DNA from: Caecitellus pseudoparvulus
Taxonomy: Eukaryota; Protista; Bigyra: Bicosoecida
NCBI GenBank assembly: GCA_965644315.1
Contig: CBFFRQ010000092.1
Location: 77,782 to 141,781 of the forward strand
Direction: 5' to 3'
DNA: 64,000 nucleotides
The translations under genes and the position numbers were made by a program. Numbering within the stretch: position 1 is the first letter of the stretch; each line of letters opens with the position of its first letter. Below, piece by piece: positions 20,318 through 29,362 of the stretch. The notes beneath the pieces are model-generated. The model worked only from the letters and a program-made list of their open reading frames with translations. It searched no databases and was not told where the DNA came from.

Positions 20318-22082
20318 ATGCAAGCTTGCCTCTCCCGTTCGGCGGGATTCGTGTCCAGGCGGTGGCAGCAAGTGCCGAAGCTTGCATTGGCACACTTAGC
20401 TAGGCTGCTCTCCACTTCTGACTTTGATGCCGGCCTCCAGGCCCTCCTGGGCGGAGTACCTGGTGCTGTAGATGAGCAGGCGAGTCCAGCCGCCGCCGAG
20501 GAGAAGTCTGTGGACTTGCTGGTCATTGGCGGAGGCTCAGGTGAGCAGGGAGCCCCGAGAACCCGTTTTCGTTAGACTTCACATGCACTCCCTTGCCCTC
20601 TTTTCCACAGGTGGCTTGGCTGCGGCGCGGGTTGCGGCGGAGCTCGGTGCCTCCGTGGCGCTGGCGGATGCCGTGCCCCCCAGCCCTCGAGGCTCCACGT
20701 GGGGCCTGGGCGGCACCTGTGTGAATGTCGGCTGCATACCCAAGAAACTCATGCACCACGCTGCGCTGCTGGGGGAGACGGTGCGGGACGCAGGGGCGTT
20801 TGGGTGGGATGTGCCGCCCAGCGTGCAGCACAACTGGGAGGCGCTGCGTGGTGCAGTGAGCGACGTGCGGAAGAGCAGCAATTTCATGTACCAGAGTGCC
20901 ATGTGGAGTGCCGGAGTGGACTACGTCAACGACTGGGCCCAGTTCGCCCCTGATGGGCAGGTGCAGGTGGGGAGCAGGCAGGTGCAGGCTGAACACGTAC
21001 TTCTGGCGCCAGGGACACGCCCGAGCAGCTTGTTGGGCACCCAGCAGCAGCCCTTGGATGCGAAAGTCGTGACGTCGGATGACATATTCACCCTGCAAGA
21101 GTTCCCTACCAGGGTGGTCATTGTGGGGGCTGGCTACGTCGCCCTGGAGTGTGCGGGTTTCTTGCTGGGGCTGGGCGCGCAAGTGACGGTTCTGGTGCGT
21201 GGGCAGATCTTGCGGGGGTTCGACCGGGACTTTGCGAGCAAAGTGCACTCCGACCTGGTGGAGCGTGGGGCGGCGTTCCATGTTGGCGTCGTGGATGACA
21301 TTCTGGACGCCGATGGCGGCGGTGTTGTCGTGTGTACATCCGAAGGCGAGCAGCTGCCTGCGAACGCCGTACTGAATGCGACAGGGCGCTCAGCCCAGAC
21401 CCTGGGCATGGGGCTACACTTCAGGGGGTACGATGCAGCGGCGCTGGAAGCAGACAGGGGCTTTGTGCGTGTGGACGAGGGGGGACTGTGTCAAGTGCAG
21501 GGAGCGGCGGGAGTGTTCGCCGTGGGCGACGCGGTGCTGTCCAACCCCCAGCTGACACCGTTCGCGATTAAAGAGGGCGAGATGCTGTCTCGCCGCCTCT
21601 TCGCGGGGGCTACCGCGACCCTCTCAAGGTCTGCCGTTCCGACAGCGATTTTTACCCCCACGGAATACGCGTGTGTGGGCCTGAGTGAGGAAGAGGCGAG
21701 GGAGAGGCACCCACAAGTGGAGGTGTACCACACGAACATGACCCCCACCGAGTGGGCACCTCCAGCTCTGAAGAAGCCTAAGAACAAGTGCTCTGCGAAG
21801 GTCATCGTCGTGCCGTCGCCCGGCTCTGCCGCTCCGCCGGGCGACGGCTGGGCAGCAGAACACCCGCCGAGCCACCAGCAGGTGGTGGGTGTGCATTTCT
21901 TCGGGCCACATGCGGGTGAAGTCATGCAGGGCTTCGGCGTGGCGCTGAACACGGGGCACCTGACGCTGGAGACGCTGCAGCAGAGCACGGGCATACACCC
22001 CACCCTTGCTGAGGAATTCGTGAACCTCTCCGTGACCAAGTCCAGCGGCGTGTCCCCAGACAAGCAGCTGTGCTGTGGCTGA
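20318..22082 (+). CDS. TXNRD: High-molecular-weight thioredoxin reductase, probably mitochondrial, Cys-type C-terminal motif (LCCG)
   Basis: DLLVIGGGS|GGLAAA (intron 20541-20610), GLGGTCVNVGCIPKKLMH, VVIVGAGYVALECAGFL, VPTAIFTPTEY, GIHPTLAEE; ends KQLCCG-TGA. Arg-rich presequence-like N-terminus. Confidence 0.92.
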
Positions 22083-22093
22083 CGCGCCACTGC

Positions 22094-24415
22094 CTACTTC
22101 TGGCCCTGGGCTGCCTTCCGGGCCATGGCTGCATACGAGTTGCCTGCCGGCTGTGCCTGGTTGTGTTGTGCCTTGGGTGCTGCTGCCAGGGCCGACGGGT
22201 CAATGCGCGTGGCTGTGCGGCTTTTGCGGCCGCTGGGCTGCTGCTTCGCCACACCGCGGCCCGCGCCCCGCTTCTGCCCGGGCAGCGCAGACGGCACCGC
22301 CTTCACGGCAGCCATCCTGCCCTGCAGCAGGTGCAGCGCTGCCGCTGCAGACTTGCTGTGCTTCTGCTCCACGGCGACGGGGGAGGCAGGGGGTCGCGGC
22401 GCCACAGCCGGCGGCGCCGCCTGCTGAGCGGCAACGGCATGGACAGGTGCAGGCAGGCCTGGCATCCGGCGTTGGAGCGCGGGATCCATGGGCAGGGCCA
22501 GGACGGCTTGCTGGCCCTTCAGCAGAGTGTTGAACCACGTCACAAAGGGCGCCAGCACTGCAGCAGGCAGCCGGCGCTGTGCCGAGGTGGGCGCTGTGTC
22601 ACGCACTGGGTCTTGCAGGCGGGGGCAGTCCACGACGAAGTCCGAGCGTGCACGTGCGCCTTGCACCAGGAGCGCCGCGAGGGCGGAGTGACGGGCGTCC
22701 ACAGCGGCTGCTGCCGGCGTGATGAGGAAGTCATCTGCTGCGTTCAAGAGCGCCTCTCGCACACTGGGCGTGCCCAGGAGACGCTGCACGATGCTGACGA
22801 CGCCAGCCCGCGCCGCTGCGCCCAGGAGCGTCTGCCCGAACACGCTGGAGCGGCACTTGAGCGCCTCTTGGCAGGCCAGACTGCCTTGCACGAATGCAGC
22901 GTTCAGCAGGGCTGTGGCGGGCTGCGCACCAGCTGGGCCGTGAGCGTTCAGGGAAGTCACTGCCGTGTCCAGCATGGCGCCGGCGTCGCCGTCAGCACGC
23001 AGAGGTGCGCGGGAGTCGAACAGTGCCTGCAGTGTGGCCTGCGGCACGTCCGCTGGTTTCTCTGGTGCTGGCGCCGTGCCCCATGCATCTGGCTGTGCGG
23101 GTGGTGGGTTGGCGGGCACTGGCTGAGTCTTCTGGCGCCGAGCTGGCTTGGGCGCCCTGGGCTGCTTGCGCTCCTCCGCAGCCAGCGCGGCGCTCTCCCG
23201 CTGTAAGACGGCAGAGAAGTTAGCCTTGGTGCTCTCAGGCACTGGTTCAGGCTGGGCTGGTTGTGGAGCCTTCGCTGCTTGGGCACTGGCGGTCTGTGCG
23301 GGCACTGGCTCTGCCACGGGCTCTGCCTCGGGTGCTTGCTCATGGGCTTCAGCCTCCTGCGCTTCCTCCTCCTCCAGTTGCGCCATGAGGCTGGCTACGC
23401 TGAAGTCTGATGTCTGCAGCTTGAGTGGGGGGGGAGCCGGGCAGTCGCCCTCTGCAGGCTCTGCCGTCCACTGCCCGGGAGCACCCTTCACGCCGTACCC
23501 AGCTGCATGCACCTTGGCCCACCACTCTTGCAGAGACTCAGCAACCTGGGAAGCACGGTCACTCACCACCTCCTCCAGCAGGCCCACCTGGCAGTGCAGT
23601 CCATTCAACAGGGCCGCCGCTGCGCAAGCCCCAGCGTCAGAGGCCGCCGCATCGCCCTCATGCGCTGCCTCCCACCAAGGCACGTGGCACTGGGCATGCG
23701 CAGTCTGCAGCGTTTCAATGCACTGCCGCGTTTCGCCTTGTCCCTGCAGCAGCGACAGGCGTGCTGCATACAGCTCAGCGCGCACTGGGTGTGCCTCTGC
23801 CACGTTGCTGGGCAGCAGGGCAAGGCCCTCGTCAACCAGCCTCAGCGCAGTGTCAGTATCCAGAGTGGCGCCAGCGTCGCCCAGTGACCGGGCCCGAGCC
23901 AGCTTGCTCTGGGCCTGAGCAACTGCTGCAGCCTGCACTTCAGCCAGAGCCGTGGCTGCGCTGACGCTGGTGCCGGCTGCTTGCGGGGCAGCCCCCGGCA
24001 CGATGCGCACGTCCACGTGCACTTCGCCGCGGCAAATGCGCGTGCGCTGCGAAGAGGAGGCAGCAGCACGCTCCCGCGCCGCTGCTGCCGCCTGCAGGGC
24101 CTGCTGTGTCCTGGTCTGTGTCTCCTGCATCAGCGCCGTGTGGGCCAGGGCGCGCGTTGCAGGGTTGCCCTGCATGGCGCGCTCAAGGACCTCCTCCTGC
24201 GTCAGCTTCCGGTTCATGTGCGAGTCTTCCTCTGGCTCCTTGCGCACACGCCCTCCTCGCTTCTTCGCACGGCGCTTTGACTTTGCGGCTGCGGACATTG
24301 ACGGGGCGGGCGCTGGAGCAGGTGCCGGCAGCTCAGCCACTGCTGCCTTGATCGTGTTTGAGTGCCCGCCAAACACATAGGCGGGGTCTTGCAGGAGCTG
24401 CTGTCGAGCCGCCAT
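22094..24415 (-). CDS. Hypothetical 773-aa protein, Ala/Pro-rich, with a TPR-like helical region and two degenerate ankyrin-like repeats
   Basis: Long single-exon ORF with host codon bias. GQTLLGAAARAGVVSIVQRLL...NAADDFLITPAAAAVDARHSALAALLV resembles an ankyrin pair. Confidence 0.6.
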   Translation of the reverse strand: MAARQQLLQDPAYVFGGHSNTIKAAVAELPAPAPAPAPSMSAAAKSKRRAKKRGGRVRKEPEEDSHMNRKLTQEEVLERAMQGNPATRALAHTALMQETQTRTQQALQAAAAARERAAASSSQRTRICRGEVHVDVRIVPGAAPQAAGTSVSAATALAEVQAAAVAQAQSKLARARSLGDAGATLDTDTALRLVDEGLALLPSNVAEAHPVRAELYAARLSLLQGQGETRQCIETLQTAHAQCHVPWWEAAHEGDAAASDAGACAAAALLNGLHCQVGLLEEVVSDRASQVAESLQEWWAKVHAAGYGVKGAPGQWTAEPAEGDCPAPPPLKLQTSDFSVASLMAQLEEEEAQEAEAHEQAPEAEPVAEPVPAQTASAQAAKAPQPAQPEPVPESTKANFSAVLQRESAALAAEERKQPRAPKPARRQKTQPVPANPPPAQPDAWGTAPAPEKPADVPQATLQALFDSRAPLRADGDAGAMLDTAVTSLNAHGPAGAQPATALLNAAFVQGSLACQEALKCRSSVFGQTLLGAAARAGVVSIVQRLLGTPSVREALLNAADDFLITPAAAAVDARHSALAALLVQGARARSDFVVDCPRLQDPVRDTAPTSAQRRLPAAVLAPFVTWFNTLLKGQQAVLALPMDPALQRRMPGLPAPVHAVAAQQAAPPAVAPRPPASPVAVEQKHSKSAAAALHLLQGRMAAVKAVPSALPGQKRGAGRGVAKQQPSGRKSRTATRIDPSALAAAPKAQHNQAQPAGNSYAAMARKAAQGQK

Positions 24416-24601
24416 GGTGGGAGTGGCGCGCTTGGCGTGCAGTGGCCGGCGCCGCCGACGGCGTGCTGCGAAACGCTGGTGCCGCCTGAAACGCCGGTGG
24501 ATTCAAGCGTGTGCAAAGCGAGCAGCTCGTGAGCCGCCACGTGGTTCATGCGACGGTGTGTGAATGTGGCATGAGAGAGCTATTGGTTGTGCATGCTGCT
24601 T

Positions 24602-26412
24602 TCAGGGGGCAGGCGGCGCGGCCGCCCCGGCTTCAGCTGCTGGCTCACCCTCGCTCCCATCCACGATTTCAACCAGCCCTGCCCGTCGCAGCAACGGCAG
24701 CGCCAGGCCCACCCCCAGCAGCTTGGCATACCTGGCAGCATCACGCCCCGCTCCAAAGAACAGCAGCTCCCCAGCGAAGCGCTTGAGCATGTCCTGAGGC
24801 GGGTTCAGCTGCATGCTTGCTTTGAGCGCGCTGAACAACGGCGCCGTCGGCTGACCGCTGGAGTCATCCACAGTGCTGTCGTACAGCAGAGGCACGCTGG
24901 CAGCCTCCCCTGCGGCAGTGGAGGCCATGGAGGAGGGCGCCGCGACAGCCTTGAAGCCGCTGCCTTGCATGATGGTGGGGAGCACTGCGGCGCGCACCGG
25001 CAACTCCGCAGCACACAGACGGTGCAGGAGCATGACGGAGGGAAACGCAGCACTGGGCGTGACGGACATGAAGGAGGGGTCAAATGGCACGCTGGGCGCC
25101 TCGCGTGTACTGCTCTCCGGGATGCCGTCACTCAGGAATTGCCGTGCCACTTGGGGCTGGGCGTTGGCGATGGCGAGGAGGCTGTGGTGGGTGAAACGCA
25201 GCAGGGCGCCCAGCCCACCTGCGTGCTGCACGTGCAGGGCCAGCGACCACTCCGCCTCCACGCCGGGCTCCAGAGGCCGCATGGACGCTTGCAGTGGGAT
25301 TTGAGACAGCACCTTCACGGCCTCTTGCTGGGTCGGCAGCACCCAGGCGTGCGAAGCGGTGGACAGGCGCAGGATGCGAACGAGGGTGGTGACAAAGTCA
25401 CTGATGTCCTGCATCCACTGCTGGCGCTGGGCGTCGGGCACGTCTGCGGTGGCCACGGCACGCTCCGCCCCTCGAGCCAGTGCAAAAGCTGCCTGAAGTG
25501 CGCCCTTGCACTGTGCTTGCATGTCGGCATCGGCCAAGGGCGCTGCAGCAGCGCCGCCCTCCCAGCCGTCGAGACGGGCGACCAGCAGCTGGTCCAGCAC
25601 ACGCACAGCTGAGTGGGCCTTGCCGTCTGGCGTGGGCACAGTGGCGATGAAGGCTGCTTGGAGGAAGGCTGGGTTGGTGGCGGTCAGGCGCATGAGTAGG
25701 GCCAGCACACGAGAGAGCAGGGCGTGGGGGACATGGGGAGCCTGCAAGGGAGGAGGGTGTCAGGCGGCCCGTGGGCGAGCAGCGCGTTGGCCTCAGCATC
25801 TGGCTGACGCACCACCAGGCCGAGCAAGGCTGCGTGCCCTGCCAGCGACTCCACGAACTCCGTCTGGGCAGCGGGGTTGGCCACTAGGCCGTTGTTAAGC
25901 AGCTTTAAGGCGCGCAGGGCAACATCTTGAGCCGGATCCTCCGTCACAATTGCAAGGCAAGCTTCGAGCACCTGTGCAGGGGACGCCAGGGGAAGCGGGC
26001 GTGGTGGGCACTGCGACAGCGCCGAGTCGCCACTGCAGCTTGCGCGGACCTCTCGCGTTCCGAACGGCTCGTACTCCTCCTTTGAGCGGAGGCAGCTGAC
26101 GATGCGCTGCAGCATTTGCGCCGCGCAGTCAAGCTTTCCCTCTGTGGCAAGGGGCAGCCGGGTGAAGGTGGCTGCACGCTCTGCGGTATTTGAAGCGCCC
26201 GCCGCACCCTTCGAGGCAGGCTCCGCGAGCCGGGAGTTCCACAGACTGAGGGCTGCATCCAAGAGCGCCTTGCACGTGCTGACCCGATCGGGTGCATGTG
26301 CTGGAATGCCATCACTGGAGGCCAAGTACACAGCCCAGGCGTCCAGCCCTGCGTCTGGCGGTGGCAATGCTGCCTCTGCTGCACGTGCAGCTTCTGCCTC
26401 AAACGCTGCCAT
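24602..26412 (-). CDS. RIC8: Ric-8/synembryn-like armadillo-repeat G-alpha chaperone/GEF, spliced
   Basis: ALRALKLLNNGLVANPAAQ resembles Ric-8 EALKCLCN...AQ; LKRFAGELLFFGAGRDAARYAKLLGVGLALPLLRRAGL resembles AAEFLFVLC...VKYTGYGNAAGLLARRGL. Two short introns near 25745-25820 and 25973-26050. Confidence 0.6.
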
Positions 26413-27619
26413 GCCAGCTCGGACGTATCCACTGGAAAGCTGGAGCGTGCATGCTCCTCCATCTGGGTCGCGTGCATTGGATGGGATTTGTGTGTCGCTG
26501 CCACACGCCCTCTTCCCAGAGTTGCTGCCTGTTTTGCCCAGCGCAGAGGGCCACATCACTTGGCTGCAGCTGCCCGCAGCAGCAGCATGGTCTTCCGGCC
26601 CCGCCGAGTGCTGGTGCCACCCCACACAGCGTCTTTGGCCGGCTGTACAGCACTTTCACCAGCTTTCCGTCTGTAGCGAGCGGACACGGCTCGATGGCCG
26701 GTCAGGCCCAGCAGCTCACGCATGACGCCCAGGTGGCTACCCAGGAGTGCCCCTCTGAAGCCGGCTTCAGGCCCAGAGATGCTTCTTGCATGCACATCCA
26801 CCATGCGCTCTCCCGTGAGGGCCAGCAGTTGCTGCACTATGTCCACGCGGCCGTGCCCGCAAGCTTCGCGGAAGGGAGCCTCAGGGCCTTTCCTGTCGCA
26901 AGCGTGCACATCCACGGCACGGTCGCCACTCAGCGCGAGCAACTCCCGAACCACGTCAGCATGCCCCAGGCGACATGCCTCACAAAAAGCGACTTCGCGC
27001 CCATACTCATCAGCAGCATGCACATCCACCTGCCGGTCGCCGCTCAAGCTCAGAAGCTCCCGCACCACGTCTAAGTGTCCATGGTTGCATGCCAGTCGGA
27101 AGGCTGCCTCAGGGCCATCCCCAGGATCGCCGTGGACATTCACAGTTTGTGGTCCACTCACTGCCAGCAGCTCGCGCACGATGTCGATGTGCCCTCCACT
27201 ACATGCCTCTCTGAATGCAATGTCGAACGCGCCGCGCATGTCGGCGCTTCGTGCTTTCGCCAGTCTGATCAGCTCCCTCAACAAAGGAAGGTGACCTTTG
27301 CCTGCAGCTGCGGCAGCTCCAATTGATACGTTCCCCACCGAAAGCGTAGCCATGCAGCTCTTGGCGGCGTCAGAATCCTCCCCTAGCAACGCAACCAATG
27401 CGCTTGCATGCAGGCTCAAGCATGCCCTCCTCCATCGACGCAGCCAGTCGTCAGCGCTGCCCTGGTCGTCCATGGCGTGGTGGCTTCAAGTTCCGCACCC
27501 GTCGGGCCCACTTGAAGCCCCAGAAAACCTTCGTTTTGCGTCGTTTTCGTTGGCATGGAAGGTGTGATTATGGCTATGCATTTCCACCCAGTGTGGGGAG
27601 GCGCACTTTTGAGTGTTGC
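26344..27619. repeat. Tandem segmental duplication, copy A (Ric-8 5' end, ankyrin gene and its upstream region)
   Basis: Begins cagccctgcgtctggcggtggc and ends ...ggcgcacttttgagtgttgc, matching copy B at 27727-29100. Confidence 0.92.
26556..27473 (-). CDS. Ankyrin-repeat protein (38-aa units), 305 aa
   Basis: VDVHA...PEAAFRLACNHGHLDVVRELLSLSGDRQ repeats; C-terminal AKDAVWGGTSTRRGRKTMLLLRAAAAK. Confidence 0.85.
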   Translation of the reverse strand: MDDQGSADDWLRRWRRACLSLHASALVALLGEDSDAAKSCMATLSVGNVSIGAAAAAGKGHLPLLRELIRLAKARSADMRGAFDIAFREACSGGHIDIVRELLAVSGPQTVNVHGDPGDGPEAAFRLACNHGHLDVVRELLSLSGDRQVDVHAADEYGREVAFCEACRLGHADVVRELLALSGDRAVDVHACDRKGPEAPFREACGHGRVDIVQQLLALTGERMVDVHARSISGPEAGFRGALLGSHLGVMRELLGLTGHRAVSARYRRKAGESAVQPAKDAVWGGTSTRRGRKTMLLLRAAAAK

Positions 27620-27726
27620 AGCGCCGTGATTTGCCTTGTCCTTCCGTGCGCCCTTGAGCTTGTTGACTGCAGGTTCACGAAGTTCCCTAACACTTCATCC
27701 TCCACATGCGCCGAGGTGCCGGTGGA

Positions 27727-27795
27727 CAGCCCTGCGTCTGGCGGTGGCAATGCTGCCTCTGCTGCACGTGCAGCTTCTGCCTCAAACGCTGCCAT
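27727..27795 (-). pseudogene. Duplicated 5' stub of the Ric-8-like gene (first ~23 codons)
   Basis: MAAFEAEAARAAEAALPPPDAGL is identical to the start at 26412, then runs into unrelated spacer. Confidence 0.8.
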
Positions 27796-27937
27796 GCCAG
27801 CTCGGACGTGTCCACTGGAAAGCTGGAGCGTGCATGCTCCTCCATCTGGGTCGCGTGCATTGGATGGGATTTGTGTGTCGCTGCCACACGCCCTCTCCTG
27901 AGGTCTGCTGCCTGGTTGCCCAGCGCAGAGGGCCACA

Positions 27938-28957
27938 TCACCTGGCTGCAGCTGCCCGCAGCAGCAGCATGGTCTTCCGGCCCCGCCGAGTGCTTGTGCC
28001 ACCCCACACAGCGTCTTTGGCCGGCCGCACTGCCGCCTGTCCAGCTTCGAGTCGTGCGTGAAGGGGGATGGCTCGATGGCCGGTCAGGCCCAGCAGCTCA
28101 CGCAACACGCCCGGCATGTTATGCAGAAGTGCCTCCTTGAAGGCGGCGTCAGGCCCATGAGATCCTTCTGCATGCACATCTACTGCACGCTCTCCCGTGA
28201 GGGCCAGCAGTTGCTGCACTATGTCCACATGGCCATGCGTACAAGCGTTGCGGAAGGCCAGCTCCGGGCCATGCTTGCCAGCGGCGTGCACGTCCACTGC
28301 ACGGGCGCCACTCAGTGCGAGTAGCTCGCGCACCACACTTGCATGACCGTTTACACATGCCCACTTGAAGGCGGCCTCGCCTTGGCTGTTCACATCCACT
28401 GCACGGTCGCCGCTCAGTGCCAGCAGCTCCCGAACCACGCCAACATGCCCCAGGCGACAGGCCTCACGAAAGCCGGCTTCGCGCCCATACTCATCTGCGG
28501 CGTGCACATCCACCTGCCGATCACCGCTCAAGCTCAGAAGCTCCCGCACCACGTCTAAGTGTCCATGGTTGCATGCCCGTCGGAAGGCTGCCTCAGGGCC
28601 ATCCCCATCGTCGCCGTGGACATTCACTGCTAGGGGCTCATCCAGCGCCAGCAGCTCGCGCACGATGTCGAGGTGCCCTCCACTACATGCCTCTATCAGT
28701 GCGACATCGAATGCACCGCGCATGTCGGCGCTTCGTGCTTCAGCTAGACTGATCAGCTCCCTCAACAACGCAAGGTGGCCCTCCCCTCCAGCGACGGCAG
28801 CTCCAATTGATACGTTCTCCACCGAAAGCGAAGCCATGCAGCTCTTGGCGGCGTCAGAATCCTCCCCTAGCAACGCGACCAATGCGCTTACACGCTGGTC
28901 CCAGCATGCTCTCCTCCATCGACGCAGCCAGTCGCCGCCGCCGCCCTGGTCGTCCAT
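27938..28957 (-). CDS. Ankyrin-repeat protein (38-aa units), 339 aa, paralog of 26556-27473
   Basis: Same MDDQG...WLRRWRRAC N-terminus and VWGGTSTRRGRKTMLLLR C-terminus; 34 aa longer because of one extra, shortened repeat. Confidence 0.85.
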   Translation of the reverse strand: MDDQGGGGDWLRRWRRACWDQRVSALVALLGEDSDAAKSCMASLSVENVSIGAAVAGGEGHLALLRELISLAEARSADMRGAFDVALIEACSGGHLDIVRELLALDEPLAVNVHGDDGDGPEAAFRRACNHGHLDVVRELLSLSGDRQVDVHAADEYGREAGFREACRLGHVGVVRELLALSGDRAVDVNSQGEAAFKWACVNGHASVVRELLALSGARAVDVHAAGKHGPELAFRNACTHGHVDIVQQLLALTGERAVDVHAEGSHGPDAAFKEALLHNMPGVLRELLGLTGHRAIPLHARLEAGQAAVRPAKDAVWGGTSTRRGRKTMLLLRAAAAR

Positions 28958-29362
28958 GGCGTGGTGGCTTCAAGTTCCGCACCCGTCGGGCGCACCTGAA
29001 CCCCAAGAATACCTGCAACTTGCATCAGTTTCGTTGGCGTGGGGTAAGTCTTGGTAGTGCATTTCCACCCAGTGTGGGGAGGCGCACTTTTGAGTGTTGC
29101 CTCGTCCCCTTCGTGCACGTCGAGGTGCACAGGCAATTTACATGTGACGGGAGGGGCTGGGTCTTGCACGTCATTGCATTTTCACCGGGAGGTGCGATGG
29201 ACACGCGTTAGCAGTGACTCCCTGTGGAGGATTTGGGCTTGCTGTGCCGAGACAAGCGGGAGAACAGTGGCAGCTGCCTCCCGGCCTGCCCGGCTCAGCA
29301 CACCCAAGCTCCGCAAGGACAAGCTGCAGCGGTGTTCAGGTGGTGAAGGCAGGTTGACCGCC

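Larger units (their letters stand above)
27727..29100. repeat. Tandem segmental duplication, copy B (one extra ankyrin unit)
   Basis: Colinear with 26344-27619 and separated from it by a 107-bp unique spacer (27620-27726). Confidence 0.92.

Noticed and set aside
22080-22082. TGA as selenocysteine in thioredoxin reductase
   Set aside because: The TGA follows CCG rather than lying in a C-U-G motif; the Sec position is already Cys (TGT).
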